The position numbers and the translations under genes are program-made. The notes under the pieces were generated by a model, which searched no databases, was not told where the DNA came from, and saw only the letters and a list, made by a program, of their open reading frames with translations. Source: an uncultured Phycisphaerales bacterium (GTDB lineage: Bacteria > Planctomycetota > Phycisphaerae > Tepidisphaerales > Tepidisphaeraceae). Taken from it: a stretch of 64,000 nucleotides of DNA. Below are positions 11,707 through 23,365 of this stretch, in pieces. Each line of letters opens with the position of its first letter. Positions within the stretch are counted from its first letter, which is position 1. The DNA lies in the NCBI GenBank assembly GCA_963844715.1, contig CAWJPJ010000008.1:416001-480000 (forward strand), in the 5' to 3' direction.

Positions 11707-13543
11707 GTGACTCCGCCCGGCAAACCACTTCTGGTCTTTGACGGCGACTGCTCCTTCTGTAGCCGCTGGGTTGCCCGCTGGCGCTGCGGCGGAGCCGAAG
11801 AGGTCGACGCCGAACCTTTCCAGACCGCCGCCGAAAGATTTCCCGATATCCCGCGCGAAAATTTTACCCGTGCGGTTCATCTCATCGAGCCGGACGGAAC
11901 GGTTTATCGCGGCGCTAGTGCCGCCTTCGCCGCCCTGGCGCACAGCGGGCGGGCGCCGATCCTATTCTGGCTCTACCGCCGCGTCCCGCCGTTCGCCTGG
12001 ATAACGGACGGCGGCTATCGCCTCGTCGCCGATCATCGCGACGCCTTCGACAAGCTCGAATGGTTCTTCTCCGGCTGGCGCCGCGAGCCGCCCAGTTATG
12101 TCCTCAGCCGCGATTTATTTCTGCGCGGCCTGGGGATCATCTACTTAATCGCATTCTGGTCCCTGTGGGGTCAGATCGAAGGCCTCGTCGGGAGCAAAGG
12201 CATTTTGCCGGTTTCGATGCTGGTGACCGAAGTTCAAAAGCAATTCGGGCCGGAGCGTTACTTCATCTGGCCAACCCTCTGCTGGCTGAATTCCTCCGAC
12301 ACGTTCCTGCGCATCCTCTGCGGCGGGGGGGAAGCGCTGGCCTGTCTGCTCATTCTGGGAATCTTCCCGGGCCCGATCCTTATCCTTCTCTGGGCGGCTT
12401 ATCTCTCCCTCGTCGTCGCCGGGCAGGATTTCCTTTCCTTCCAGTGGGATTGCCTGCTCCTCGAGGCCGGTTTCATTTCGATCTTCTTCGCTCCCTGGGG
12501 TCCGTGGCCTCGCCTGCGAAACACGCGCGCTCCTCCCGCGATCCCGCGCTGGCTTCTCAAATGGCTACTCTTCCGCGTCATGTTCTGGTCCGGAATTCTC
12601 AAACTCACCAGCGGCGACCTCTGCTGCGCGCCTGCACCGCCATGCAATTCCACTACTGGACCCAGCCCATCCCCACCTGGACAAGCTGGTACATCGCCCA
12701 GGCACGGATTGGTTTCAGCACTTTTCCGTCTGGGTTGTTATCTTCGCCGAGGTCGTCCTGCCGCCTTTTTATTTCGCCCCGCGAAGATTGCGCCTCTTCG
12801 CCATGTTCGGAACCGTCTTCTTCCAACTCCTCATCGCCGCCACGGGCAATTATGGATTTTTCAATCTCCTCACCATCGTCCTGTGCATTCTCCTTGCCGA
12901 CGATTCATTCTGGCCGCGCCGCTTGAGCCGGAATCCGTCGATCTCGCGCTGGCGCAGCGCAAAAGGCTGGCGCCTCTGGCCGGTCGTCATCACCATTCCG
13001 CTATCAATCCTGATTCTCGTAATCACGCTGAAGCAGGGCATCGACGCCGTGGGCTGGCAAGTCAATTGGCCCGCATCGCTGCAAGCCGTCGACGACGCCA
13101 TCGAACCCTTCCGCACCATCAACAGCTATGGCCTGTTCCGAGTCATGACCACCCAGCGCAACGAAATCATCATCGAAGGCAGCGACGACGGCCAAACCTG
13201 GAAGGAATACCAATTCGAATATAAACCCGGCGACGTCAATCGCGCCCCCGTCTTCACGACCCCTCACATGCCGCGCCTCGATTGGCAAATGTGGTTCGCC
13301 GCCCTGAGCGACGCACAGAGCAACCCGTGGTTCGAAAATTTCATGATCCGCCTCCTCGAAGGCTCCCCGCCTGTCGTCAAACTTCTGGCCTACGACCCCT
13401 TCCCGGATCATCCTCCGCGTTACGTGCGGGCGGTTATGTACGACTATCATTTCACCACATTCCAGGAACGCAAAGCGACCGGAGCTTGGTGGACGCGCAA
13501 GGAACTGGGGCTCTATTTCCCTTCCGTCTCCCTGAACCAGTAA
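11707..13543 (+). CDS. DCC thiol-disulfide domain fused to lipase maturation factor; frameshifted
   Basis: FDGDCSFC; FQWDCLLLEAGF; HYWTQPIP; YGLFRVMT; HMPRLDWQMWFAAL. Confidence 0.88.
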
Positions 13544-13578
13544 TCCATTTTCCTCGCCAAGATTGACACGCCTTCATT

Positions 13579-13617
13579 CCCCTCCACCGGTACTCCGGGG
13601 GAGGGTAGGGAGGGGGG
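13579..13617 (+). repeat. GTACTC-loop palindromic repeat, copy 1
   Basis: cccctccaccg-gtactc-cgggggaggg followed by G-rich tail. Confidence 0.8.
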
Positions 13618-13670
13618 CTTTATCGCGCGATACCGCTCTTCTCTGGTAAGATCATCCGGGAGGAGTTTTC

Positions 13671-14836
13671 GTGAAGATCCTGGACATCCGCGAAGTTACC
13701 CGCCCGATCAGTTCCCCAATCCGCAACGCCTATATTGATTTCTCGAAGATGACCCTCAGCCTCGTCGCCGTCGTCACCGACCAGACCCGCGACGGCAAGC
13801 GCATCATCGGCTACGGCTTCAATTCCAACGGCCGCTACGGCCAGGGCAACCTCATCCGCGAGCGCTTCCGCCCCCGCATTCTCGAAGCCAAACCGGAAAC
13901 CCTCCTCAGCGAAGACGGCAAGAATCTCGACGCCCACAAGATCTGGTCCTGCATGATGACCAACGAAAAACCCGGCGGCCATGGCGAACGCTCCGTCGCC
14001 GTCGGAACCATCGACATGGCCGTCTGGGACGCCGTCGCGAAAATCGCCAATAAACCCCTCTTCGAATTGCTCGCTGAAAAATATGGCGACGGAAAAGTGA
14101 ACCGAAAATCTTCGTCTACGCGGCGGGGGGATACTACTACCCCGGCAAAGACCTCGAAGCCCTCAAACAGGAAATGAAATCCTACATCGATCGCGGTTAC
14201 ACCGTCGTCAAAATGAAAATCGGCGGCGCACCGCTCGATGAAGACCTCCAGCGCATCGAAGCCGTCCTCAGCATCCTAAAACCCGGCCAGCGCCTCGCCG
14301 TCGACGCCAACGGTCGCTTCGCTCTCCCCACGGCAATCGCCTACTGCGACGCAATCGCCAAGTACAATCTCTTCTGGTACGAAGAAGCCGGCGATCCGCT
14401 CGATTACCAGCTTCAAGCCGAGCTCGGCAAGCATTATTCCGGCCCCATGGCCACCGGCGAGAATCTCTTCTCCATGCAAGACGCCCGCAACCTCATCCGC
14501 CACGGCGGCATGCGGCCCGACCGCGACTGGCTCCAGTTCGATTGCGCCCTCAGCTATGGCCTGGTCGAATATCTCCGCACCCTCAAGATGCTCAAGGAAA
14601 ACGGCTGGTCCCCCTCGCGCTGCATCCCCCACGGCGGCCACCAAATGTCCCTCAACATCGCCGCCGGTCTGGGCCTCGGTGGAAACGAATCCTATCCCGA
14701 TCTCTTCCAGCCGTTCGGCGGTTTTCCCGACGGCACCCACGTCGAAAACGGCTACGTCAATCTCCCCGCCCTCGTCGGCATCGGGTTCGAGGGCAAGGCC
14801 GACCTCTATCGCGAAATGAAAGCCCTGGCGGAGTGA
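13671..14836 (+). CDS. tarD: Mandelate racemase-family enzyme, likely D-tartrate dehydratase; one frameshift
   Basis: PISSPIRNAYIDFSKMT, NEKPGGHGERSVAVG, KMKIGG, PHGGHQMSL. Confidence 0.8.
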
Positions 14837-14839
14837 TCC

Positions 14840-16117
14840 GTGGCGCAAAACGCACCGCGTACAAAAAATTTCTTCGCCCAACTCTGGGTTCAGCTTCTCA
14901 TCGGCCTTGTCCTGGGAATTCTCGTCGGCATCCTCTGGGGCAAACCCGCCGCACAGCTCAAAATCCTCGCCGATCTCTTCATCAAGCTGATCCGCATGGT
15001 GCTCCCGCCGATTATCTTCGGCACCGTCTGCGTCGGCATCGCAAAAATGGGCAATCTCAGAACCGCCGGTCGCGTCGGACTCAAGGCTCTCGTCTATTTC
15101 GAAGTCGTCTCCACGTTTTCCCTCCTCATCGGCCTGGTCGTCGTCAACGTCATCAAGCCCGGCGCCGGCATGCACATCGACCCCGCCACCCTCGACACCC
15201 ACGCCATCGCCGGCTTTATCAAAACCGGCCAGCAACTCACTCCCCGGGAATTCCTCATCAACATCATCCCCACCAGCTTCGTCGGCGCTTTCGTCGACGG
15301 CACGATGCTCCAGGTCATCCTCCTGGCCATCCTCTTCGGCGTCGCCCTCTCCCTTCTGGGCCCGCGCAAAACCCAGCTCATCGAAGTCCTCGACGGCTTC
15401 GTTCACGTTTTCTTTGGCATCGTCCGCATCATCATGTGGCTCGCGCCGCTGGCCGCATTCGGGTCCATGGCCGCCATCATCGGCCAGTACGGATCGCACA
15501 TCCTCGTCTCCTACGGCAAACTCATGGCCGGCGTCTATCTCACCAGTCTTGCCTTCATCTTCGGCGTCCTGGGCTTCATCTCCTACCTCTGCCGCATCTC
15601 GCTCCTCAAATTCCTCGCGTACATCAAGGACGAAATCGCCATCACCTTCGGCACTTGCTCCACCGAAGCCGTCCTCCCGCAGATGATGATCAAGATGGAA
15701 AAAATCGGCTGCGAAAAATCCCTCGTCGAAATGGTCCTCCCCGCCGGATACACCTTCAACGCCGACGGCACCTCCATCTATCTCACCATGGCCGCGATCT
15801 TCATCGCCCAGGCCACCGACCGCTCGCTTACCATCGGCGACCAACTCATCGTCCTGGCCGTCCTGCTTCTAACGAGCAAAGGTTCCGCCGGCGTCGCCGG
15901 CTCCGGTTTCGTGACCCTCGCCGCGACGCTCGCCTCGATGAACAAAATCCCCGTCGAGGGAATCGTCCTTCTCCTCGGCATCGAAAGTTTCGTCAACCAG
16001 GCGCGAGCCGTCACCAATCTCATCGGCAACGGCGTCGCCACCATCGCCGTCGCGCGATGGGAAGGAGATTTTGACGATCGCAGAGCGGGGGAGATTCTCA
16101 GATCAACCGGTCAATGA
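14840..16117 (+). CDS. dctA: C4-dicarboxylate:cation symporter
   Basis: FIKLIRM, GYTFNADGT, SKGSAGVAGSGFVTLAATL, NLIGNGVAT. Confidence 0.9.
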   Translation: MAQNAPRTKNFFAQLWVQLLIGLVLGILVGILWGKPAAQLKILADLFIKLIRMVLPPIIFGTVCVGIAKMGNLRTAGRVGLKALVYFEVVSTFSLLIGLVVVNVIKPGAGMHIDPATLDTHAIAGFIKTGQQLTPREFLINIIPTSFVGAFVDGTMLQVILLAILFGVALSLLGPRKTQLIEVLDGFVHVFFGIVRIIMWLAPLAAFGSMAAIIGQYGSHILVSYGKLMAGVYLTSLAFIFGVLGFISYLCRISLLKFLAYIKDEIAITFGTCSTEAVLPQMMIKMEKIGCEKSLVEMVLPAGYTFNADGTSIYLTMAAIFIAQATDRSLTIGDQLIVLAVLLLTSKGSAGVAGSGFVTLAATLASMNKIPVEGIVLLLGIESFVNQARAVTNLIGNGVATIAVARWEGDFDDRRAGEILRSTGQ

Positions 16118-16230
16118 TGCCAGTCGTCATCGTGATGCCAATGGTCATCATGGTGAACGTCTTCATGCACTACGCATCCACTGGCGGACCCGATAAACAA
16201 GAGGGTTAACAACATAAGAACATAACGCAT
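16111..16230 (-). CDS. 39-aa His/Asp-rich micro-lipoprotein (not in the supplied ORF track)
   Basis: Hand translation MRYVLMLLTLLFIGSASGCVVHEDVHHDDHWHHDDDWHH*; GAGGAG RBS 6 nt upstream; lipobox-like ASGC. Confidence 0.75.
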   Translation of the reverse strand: MRYVLMLLTLLFIGSASGCVVHEDVHHDDHWHHDDDWHH

Positions 16231-16376
16231 AGCGGACTCCTCAAAACATCACTCTCCGCTACTAACCTCTATCTGCGCGAAATGGTGGGGATTAGGCAAC
16301 GGTAAAAAACATGAAGACTTGGCATCCGCCGCCACAATCGACACAATAGCCCCAGGTGAAGGCAGCAACTCTCGAC

Positions 16377-17292
16377 ATGGCCAGTGCAACCACCGCCACC
16401 GTAGCCGAGGCGGAGTTGCAAACCCGCCGGCTTGCGCGCGACCACTACGAAAATTTCTCCGTCGTCACGCTTTTGCTCCCCAAACATCTCCGCCAGGATT
16501 TCTGCAACATTTACGCCTTTTGCAGGGTCGCCGACGATCTCGGCGACGAAACCGGCGACCGCGATCTCTCGCTGAAGCTGCTCGACGATTTCCGCCGCCA
16601 GACCCTCGACTGTTTCGCCGGCCGCTCGACTACCGCCGTCTTCGTCGCTCTTTCCGAAACCATCCGCCGCCGCGACCTGCCTCCCGAGCCGTTCCTCGAT
16701 CTCATCGACGCCTTCGAGCAGGACCAGCGCAGTCCTGCGATATCAGACTTTCGATCAGGTCCTCGATTATTGCTGGCGCAGCGCCAATCCCGTCGGGCGG
16801 CTGGTCCTCTATCTCTGCGGCTACCGCGACGAAAAACGCCAGTTGCTTTCCGATCAAACCTGCAGCGCATTACAGCTTGCCAATTTCTGGCAGGATGTCC
16901 GCCGCGACATTCTGGATCGCAACCGCATTTACATTCCGAAGGACTCCATGGACCGCTTCGGCGTCACCGAAGAGCAAATTCGCGACGGCCGCTGCGACGA
17001 CAATTTCCGCAATCTCATGCGATTCGAAGTCGATCGCTGCGCCGAGATGTTCAGTCGCGGCGATGCGCTGCTCCCCCTCCTGCGTCCGGCCGTCCGCATG
17101 CAGATCGCCCTCTTCGGAAAAGGCGGCCGCCTCGTCCTCAGTTCCATCCGCCGCCAGAATTACGACACGCTCTCGCGCCGCCCGGCTCTTTCGAAATGGC
17201 AAAAGGGCGGCCTCATTGCCGCCACCGTGGCCGCGATGGCGGGGCGCGTTCTGGTCGGCAGGAAAAACGGGGACGCCGGAGACTCCCAATGA
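16377..17292 (+). CDS. hpnC: Squalene synthase HpnC; one frameshift
   Basis: HYENFSV, YAFCRVADDLGDE, ALQLANFWQDV. Confidence 0.9.
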
Positions 17293-18188
17293 GCATCACC
17301 GCGCCCACCGGTTTTGCGTCCGCCGCCGCCGTCTCCCCGGCCGAGTCCTTCCAGTATTGCCAGACCGTCACCCGCCAGCAGGCGAAAAACTTTTACTACG
17401 GCTTAAAACTCCTCCCCGAGCCGCGCCGCTCCGCCATGTTCGCCCTCTACGCCTACATGCGCGCCGTCGATGACATCGCCGACGGCCAGGCCGGCCGCCC
17501 CGTCTCCGAACGGAACAAATCGCTCGAATCCTGGACCCAGCAAACCCGCAATGCGCTGGCCGGAAAAATCCCCGGCAATTCCCTTCTCTGGCCCGCCTTC
17601 ATCGACATGACCCGCCGCTACGGCGTCCCCGCTTACGTCTTCGAGGAAGTCATCGCCGGCCAAAAACAGGACCTCGACGGACCCGTCTTCGAGGATTTCG
17701 AACCCCTGCGCCAATATTGCTATCGCGTCGCCGGCGTCGTCGGCGTCGCCAGCATTCACGTCTTCGGTTTCACCGGCGGCGACGAAACCATCGAACTGGC
17801 CGTCCGCCGCGGCGTCGCCTTCCAACTCACCAACATCCTCCGCGATCTTCGCGAAGACGCCCTCCGCGGCCGCGTCTATCTCCCCCGCAAAGAACTCCGC
17901 GAAGCCGGCGTCGCCGATCAGGACCTCCTCATCGGCAAATCCGGCGCACCCTTCATCGAACTCATGCGGCAACAAATAGAGCGGGCGAGATCGTTTTACG
18001 CCGATTCCAGCCAGCTCGAGTCGCGCATCGAACCCGCCAGCCGCCCGACCCTCTCCGCGATGACCGACATTTACCGCGGCCTGCTCGAAAAAATCTCCGC
18101 CGACCCCGCCCGCGTCCTCAAGCGGCGCGTCTCCCTGTCGGCATTATCCAAGCTGCGCATCGCCTGGCGTGCGGCGCGATCGAGGTAA
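17289..18188 (+). CDS. hpnD: Presqualene diphosphate synthase HpnD
   Basis: AKNFYYG, LYAYMRAVDDIAD, YCYRVAGVVG, FQLTNILRD; ATGA overlap with hpnC. Confidence 0.9.
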   Translation: MSITAPTGFASAAAVSPAESFQYCQTVTRQQAKNFYYGLKLLPEPRRSAMFALYAYMRAVDDIADGQAGRPVSERNKSLESWTQQTRNALAGKIPGNSLLWPAFIDMTRRYGVPAYVFEEVIAGQKQDLDGPVFEDFEPLRQYCYRVAGVVGVASIHVFGFTGGDETIELAVRRGVAFQLTNILRDLREDALRGRVYLPRKELREAGVADQDLLIGKSGAPFIELMRQQIERARSFYADSSQLESRIEPASRPTLSAMTDIYRGLLEKISADPARVLKRRVSLSALSKLRIAWRAARSR

Positions 18189-18195
18189 TCTGATA

Positions 18196-19559
18196 ATGCC
18201 GGGCCAGCGCGTCGTCGTCGTCGGTGGCGGCTTGGCAGGCATGGCCGCCGCCTCGGTCCTTCAATCCCGCGGCGCCAACGTCACACTCATCGAAGCCCGC
18301 AAAACCCTCGGCGGCCGTGCCGGCTCCTTCGAAGACCCCCAATCCGGCGAGATCCTCGACAACTGCCAGCACGTCCTCCTCGCCTGCTGCACCAATCTCC
18401 TCGATTTCTACAATCGCCTGGGCGTCGCCGACCGCATCCAATGGCACGACGCCATCTATTTCGTAGACGAGCACGGCAAAACCCACACCCTAAGCGGCTG
18501 CAGCGCAGCTCCCCGCCCCGTTCCATCTCTCGTTGTCTCTTGCAAAATTCTCGGCCCTCACCCTAGGCCAGCGCCAGCCTCACCAAAGCCATGCTCGCCA
18601 TGATGCGCCTCGGCCGCCAAGGCCGAAACAAATTATCCGAAACCCCCTTCGGAACATGGCTGAAAGATCACCGCCAAAGCGGCGCGCTGGTCGACAAGCT
18701 CTACGAACTGATCCTCATCAGCGCCCTCAACGAAAAATGCCGCGACGCCTCCGCGATGTACGCCATCCAGGTCTTCCAGGAATCGCTCCTGGAGAATTCC
18801 GCCGCCTATCGAATGGGCACCCCGGCGTGTCCCCTCGGCAAGCTCTACGAAAACCTCCCCTGCAAAGACGTGCGCCTCGCCACCCGCATGACGGGCTTAC
18901 GCTTCTCCGGCCCGCGCGTCGCCGGCGTGGAAATCGCCGGCGAACTACTCGAAGCCGATGCCGTGGTGCTGGCCGTCAATTATCACGCCCTGCAAAAATG
19001 GATTCCTGAAGACCTCGCCAGAGCCGATTCGCGATTTGCCCCCCTGGAAAACCTGCAAAGCGTCCCCATCCTCGGCGCTCACATGTGGTTCGACCGCCCC
19101 GTGATGACTCTCCCCCAAGCCGCGCTCATAGGCGGCCCGCTCCAATGGCTGTTCAGAAAAGATCCCCAAGGTCGAGTCCTCCACGGCGTCATCAGCGCCG
19201 CCCGAGACTGGACAGATAAATCCAAGGACGAATTGCTACAAATTTTCCTGAACCAAATCCGCAACACGTTCCCCGCCGCCCAAGACGCCAAACTCGAACG
19301 CGGCGTCATCGTCATAGAAAAACGCGCCACCTATTCCCCCCACCCCGGCGTCGACAAATTCCGCCCGCCCCAGGCCCCGCCCCCCAACGGCATCGCCAAT
19401 CTCTACCTCGCAGGCGATTACACCCAAACCGGCTGGCCCGCCACTATGGAAGGCGCCGTCCGCAGCGGCTATCTCGCCGCCGAGGCAATCACCGGAGAGA
19501 AATTTCTCGTCCCCGATCTTCCCATGCAGTTCCCCGCCCGATGCCTGGCACGATGTTGA
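18196..19559 (+). CDS. hpnE: Hydroxysqualene dehydroxylase HpnE; frameshifted
   Basis: VVVGGGLAG, DNCQHVLL, LAGDYTQTGWPATMEGAVRSG. Confidence 0.9.
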
Positions 19560-19576
19560 TCGAATTACAATCAAGC

Positions 19577-20478
19577 CTAAGCGTGAGCCGCTTGGCCCTC
19601 ATAAAGCGGAACAAATTCTTCGGCAACGAACGTTTCGTACGAAGTTGGCATGGTATTTTTAGGTGATCGCGCTTCCAGAGCCGCATGTGACCCGAATTCA
19701 TCGCGGCCACCATTTCGAGAATCAAATTCACGAAATCCACCGTGACGCCCATCTTCAGCATCGCGCCGCGGAACTGATCGTCGGAAATCTGTACATAACT
19801 GAGGTCCGGCTTCCCGATCGCTTGGCCGATGACTCCAGCGGCTTCGATCATCGTGAGTTCGCGCTGGCCGAGAAGCTCGCCGGTTTGTTTTCCCTTGAAA
19901 TCCAGGCGCAGGAGCCGCTCGGCGGCGGCCCGACCGATATCGTGCGTGGCGATCATCGGTATCTTGAGATTCGGCCTGACCGGTCCCGCCGCTGTTCCCA
20001 TCGCATGAATAATGCCCGCTTGCGCGAAGGTATTTTCCATAAAATAGACGGCCCGCTGGTGCAGAACATTCAGCCCATCGATGGCGTTGAGGCTCTGTTC
20101 CATCTTATGAAGACCCACGACCGGCCCGGTTTTCGCGTCTTTATCCGCGCCATAACTGCTGAGCGTAACCGCGTATTCGACGCCTGCCGCCGAAAGCGCC
20201 GAACTCACGGCATCCGTGACCCGGTCCTGAAAGGCCCGGTAATCCTTCGCGACCATATTCGGAGGAATCATGACATATGCCGCTTTGACGCCTGCAAACG
20301 CGCGGGAAAGCGCGGCCGCGTCGGTCAGGTCGCACACAACCGGTTCCGCCCCCGCGATCTTCAACGGTTCGAGGCGTCTCTCGTCGCGGCCGATCGCACG
20401 CACGTGCTTTCCTTCATCGAGCAGCCGCTGAGCGACAATTTTTCCCGTATGACCGGTTGCACCTATGACAGCGTACAT
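19577..20478 (-). CDS. NmrA-like NAD(P)H-binding protein; frameshift near 3' end
   Basis: MYAVIGATGHTG Rossmann motif, YFMEN, PMIATHDIG. Confidence 0.82.
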
Positions 20479-20663
20479 GCGGATCTCCTGTTGAAGCTCA
20501 GGTGAATCATAGGCCATGCCGCGCCGTCAAAGTCCAATCGAAGATTCAATTCTTCCTTCCCCGATAAATATAGCATGGTGCAAACGGGCGAAATAACAGC
20601 CTTAAAACGCGCGTCCGTTCCACCAAAGCCAAAATGTCATCTGGGAAATCCGTACCGATGCTT

Positions 20664-23349
20664 TTAACGATTCACCGGCGGATCGCACTCTTTGGCCGCC
20701 CCCGATTCCAACCTCCACCTCAGCAGCGGCCGCAGCACCATCACCGCCGCCAGATAAATGCAAATTGTCCCAATTGTCATCACCGCCCCCAGGCTCTTGA
20801 TTCCCTCATGCCGCGCCAGCAGCCAGAAAAATCCGAAGCTGCCGGACGTGATCATCGCGCACAGCAATAGCGCCCGATCGCTCGTGTCCCATCTGCGCCA
20901 GACTCGCCGCGGATATTTGCAAGCCTCGAGATATCGGTGCACCATGAACACGCCATATTCATGCCCCGCCCCGATCAGGATCGGCAGCCCGAAGAAATTG
21001 GCGAAATTCCAGCTCATTCCGCGATATCCCATCACCGCCAATAGCATCGGCAGCCCCAATCCCAGCACGCTGATGGCCGCCAACGTCGGGCCGATGCGCC
21101 GGAAATCCAGCAGAACCAAAAAGAAGATCAGCGCCAGCGCATAAGCCGTCGCATGGAAAAACGCCAGGCGGATCGCCCCGGTCGTGTGATAAACATCCGA
21201 TGCGATTCCGGTCACCGCCGGCGCTCCCGGCACGCCGGCGACCGCCTTTTCCACCTGCGTCACAAATTCATCCAGAAACGCCCGGTACCACAAATCCGCC
21301 TTGGGATAAATGTACAGCGCGTAAGTCCCGTCGCTGCTCACCAGATGGTCGCGCAACTCCGCCGGCACCGCCTGCATGTCCAGCGGCCCGGGATGAAATT
21401 TCTCAACCATGTCCCTCAATTCCCCGACGAACACATCCTGCCATTCAGAAAGCCGCGCCGCCGCGTCCGGCGTGCTCTGAATCAAATCCGCAAACTCCAG
21501 CAGCGGACCCGCCGCATCGTGCTTGGCCGCCGACGACCCGGCCGCAAAATGATCCGCCAAAGTCCGCGCCTTCCGCGCGATGGTCGCCAAATCCGCCGCA
21601 TCAATCTTCTCCGGCGTCACGAAATTCACCGCCGGCAATTCCGACCCGTGCGCCAAAAGCCACTGCCGATTGTCCTCCGCCGTCAGCACGCTCTCCGTCG
21701 AGGCCACCGTATCCAATCCCGTTACCGCGTTCCGCACCTTGCGTAGTTCCGCCGTATCCTTCGACAGCACGACCGCCGACCACGTCTGCAACGTCCGGAT
21801 CAACTCCACCGATTGCAATCCGGGAACCTGCAATTGAATGAGCCCGGGATTGAAATGCGTCAATTTCGCATACGGCGCCACCGCGGCCATGACCAGTAGC
21901 CACGCTCCCGGCAGCAGCAGGCGTCCAATTCCCCCCATCCGCCGCCGAGGCGCAGGATAGCGCTTCTGCGCCTCAAGCGGCCTCAGCTTCGGCGGCCGCA
22001 AAATCAAAATCGCCGGCAGCGCCGTATAACCCGCCAGTAGGCACAAGAGCAATCCCCCTCCGGCGATGACGCCCAGATTCGCCGCTCCCCTAAAATCAGT
22101 CAGCGTCGAAGCCAAAAATGCCCCCGCCGCGCCCAGGCAAGCCGTGTTGATCGGCGCCCCCACATGCTTAAACACGCGCCACCCAGACCGCCTCCGGCCG
22201 GGGGTAGCGCCGCGCCTCCAGCCGATAGCGCGTCAGGATTTGCACCAGATAATCCATTCCAATCCCGATCAGCGCGATCAAAAAAACCAGCGAGAGCAAA
22301 TTGAGCTGTCCCACCGCCACGGTTGCCCAACCGAAGCTCCAGCCGATCCCGATCCCCAGGGCGATCTCCGCCGCGAGCGCCAGCCACAGCGACCGCAGCA
22401 TCAGCGCCATTGCGATGAAGACCGCCACGATCGCGCACGCCTCGGCGTGATGCGAATCGATGTCCGTCGCCCGCATCTCGTCCGCCTCCAGCGCCGGACG
22501 CCCCGTCACGCCGATCTCAAACTCGCTATACGGCGCCGCCGCCGCAATCGCCGCGTCGCGGATCGTGTCCACCTCATGCGTCACGGCCGTCAGCGAATCG
22601 TGCTTTGGCTGGGGGTAAACGCCAGCCAGGATTCGCCACTGAGAATGATCGTTTTGGTTAAACGTGTAGTAGTACCCCATCTGCGAAGGATCGGTGGCGC
22701 TCAGGTTCACCAGATCGACCACTCCGTCCGCGACCCGCAGCGGCCGCGACCGGTCCTTCAGCGCTCCCACCCAGTTCTGCGCCAGCGTCTGCACGAACGC
22801 CGCCGTTTGATCATCCCGGTGCAAATCCGTCGCGGATAAGAATCGCTCCAGCGGCGAATGCCCCATTTGCGAGATCGGAAACCCGGGCTTCTCGCCCCAG
22901 AATTTCGCCAGTGGAATAAGCTGCTGCGCTTGCTTCAAATCCTCCGGCAATTTTGCCGGGTCCTCGAACAAAATTCCCTGCCGGCCCAGCTTGTCCAGCG
23001 GCACCCGGCATTGCGCCAGCCGAACCACGTCCGGCATGTCGTTCAGCTTCCGCGTCACCGCGTCGGCGACGCCCGTCCACCGGGGCAGCGTCGGCCGGCC
23101 AAACTCCGGCCGCGGCTCGATCACAATATAAACCGCCTCGCTCTCCGGGAATTGATGAATGAAATCCAGATAATTGGCGAAGAACCATTCCTTCGGCGAG
23201 AAAAGCTGGTTTTGATCGGTTGAGATTCGCAGGAAACTGACCGCCACCGCCACCGATGCCGCCAGCGTCAGCACCACCGCCACCAGAATCAGTCGCGGAT
23301 GTCTTGCGACGAACAGGACACCCGTGAGCAATCGGCGCTGCAATCCCAT
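20664..23349 (-). CDS. hpnN: Hopanoid-associated MMPL/RND transporter; one frameshift
   Basis: GVTGRPALEADEM, LIGIGMDY, NFANFFGLPILIG; inside hopanoid cluster. Confidence 0.8.
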
Positions 23350-23365
23350 GTTTGGAGAACGGACG

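Noticed and set aside
14276..16074. Long alternative-frame and antisense ORFs (also at 44751-46403 and 59971-61200)
   Set aside because: Shadow ORFs expected in high-GC DNA; they overlap well-supported genes and lack motifs.
16356..18188. Apparent 610-aa HpnC-HpnD fusion
   Set aside because: A frameshift near 16740 runs HpnC out of frame into HpnD; the true HpnC C-terminus is ORF 16843-17292.
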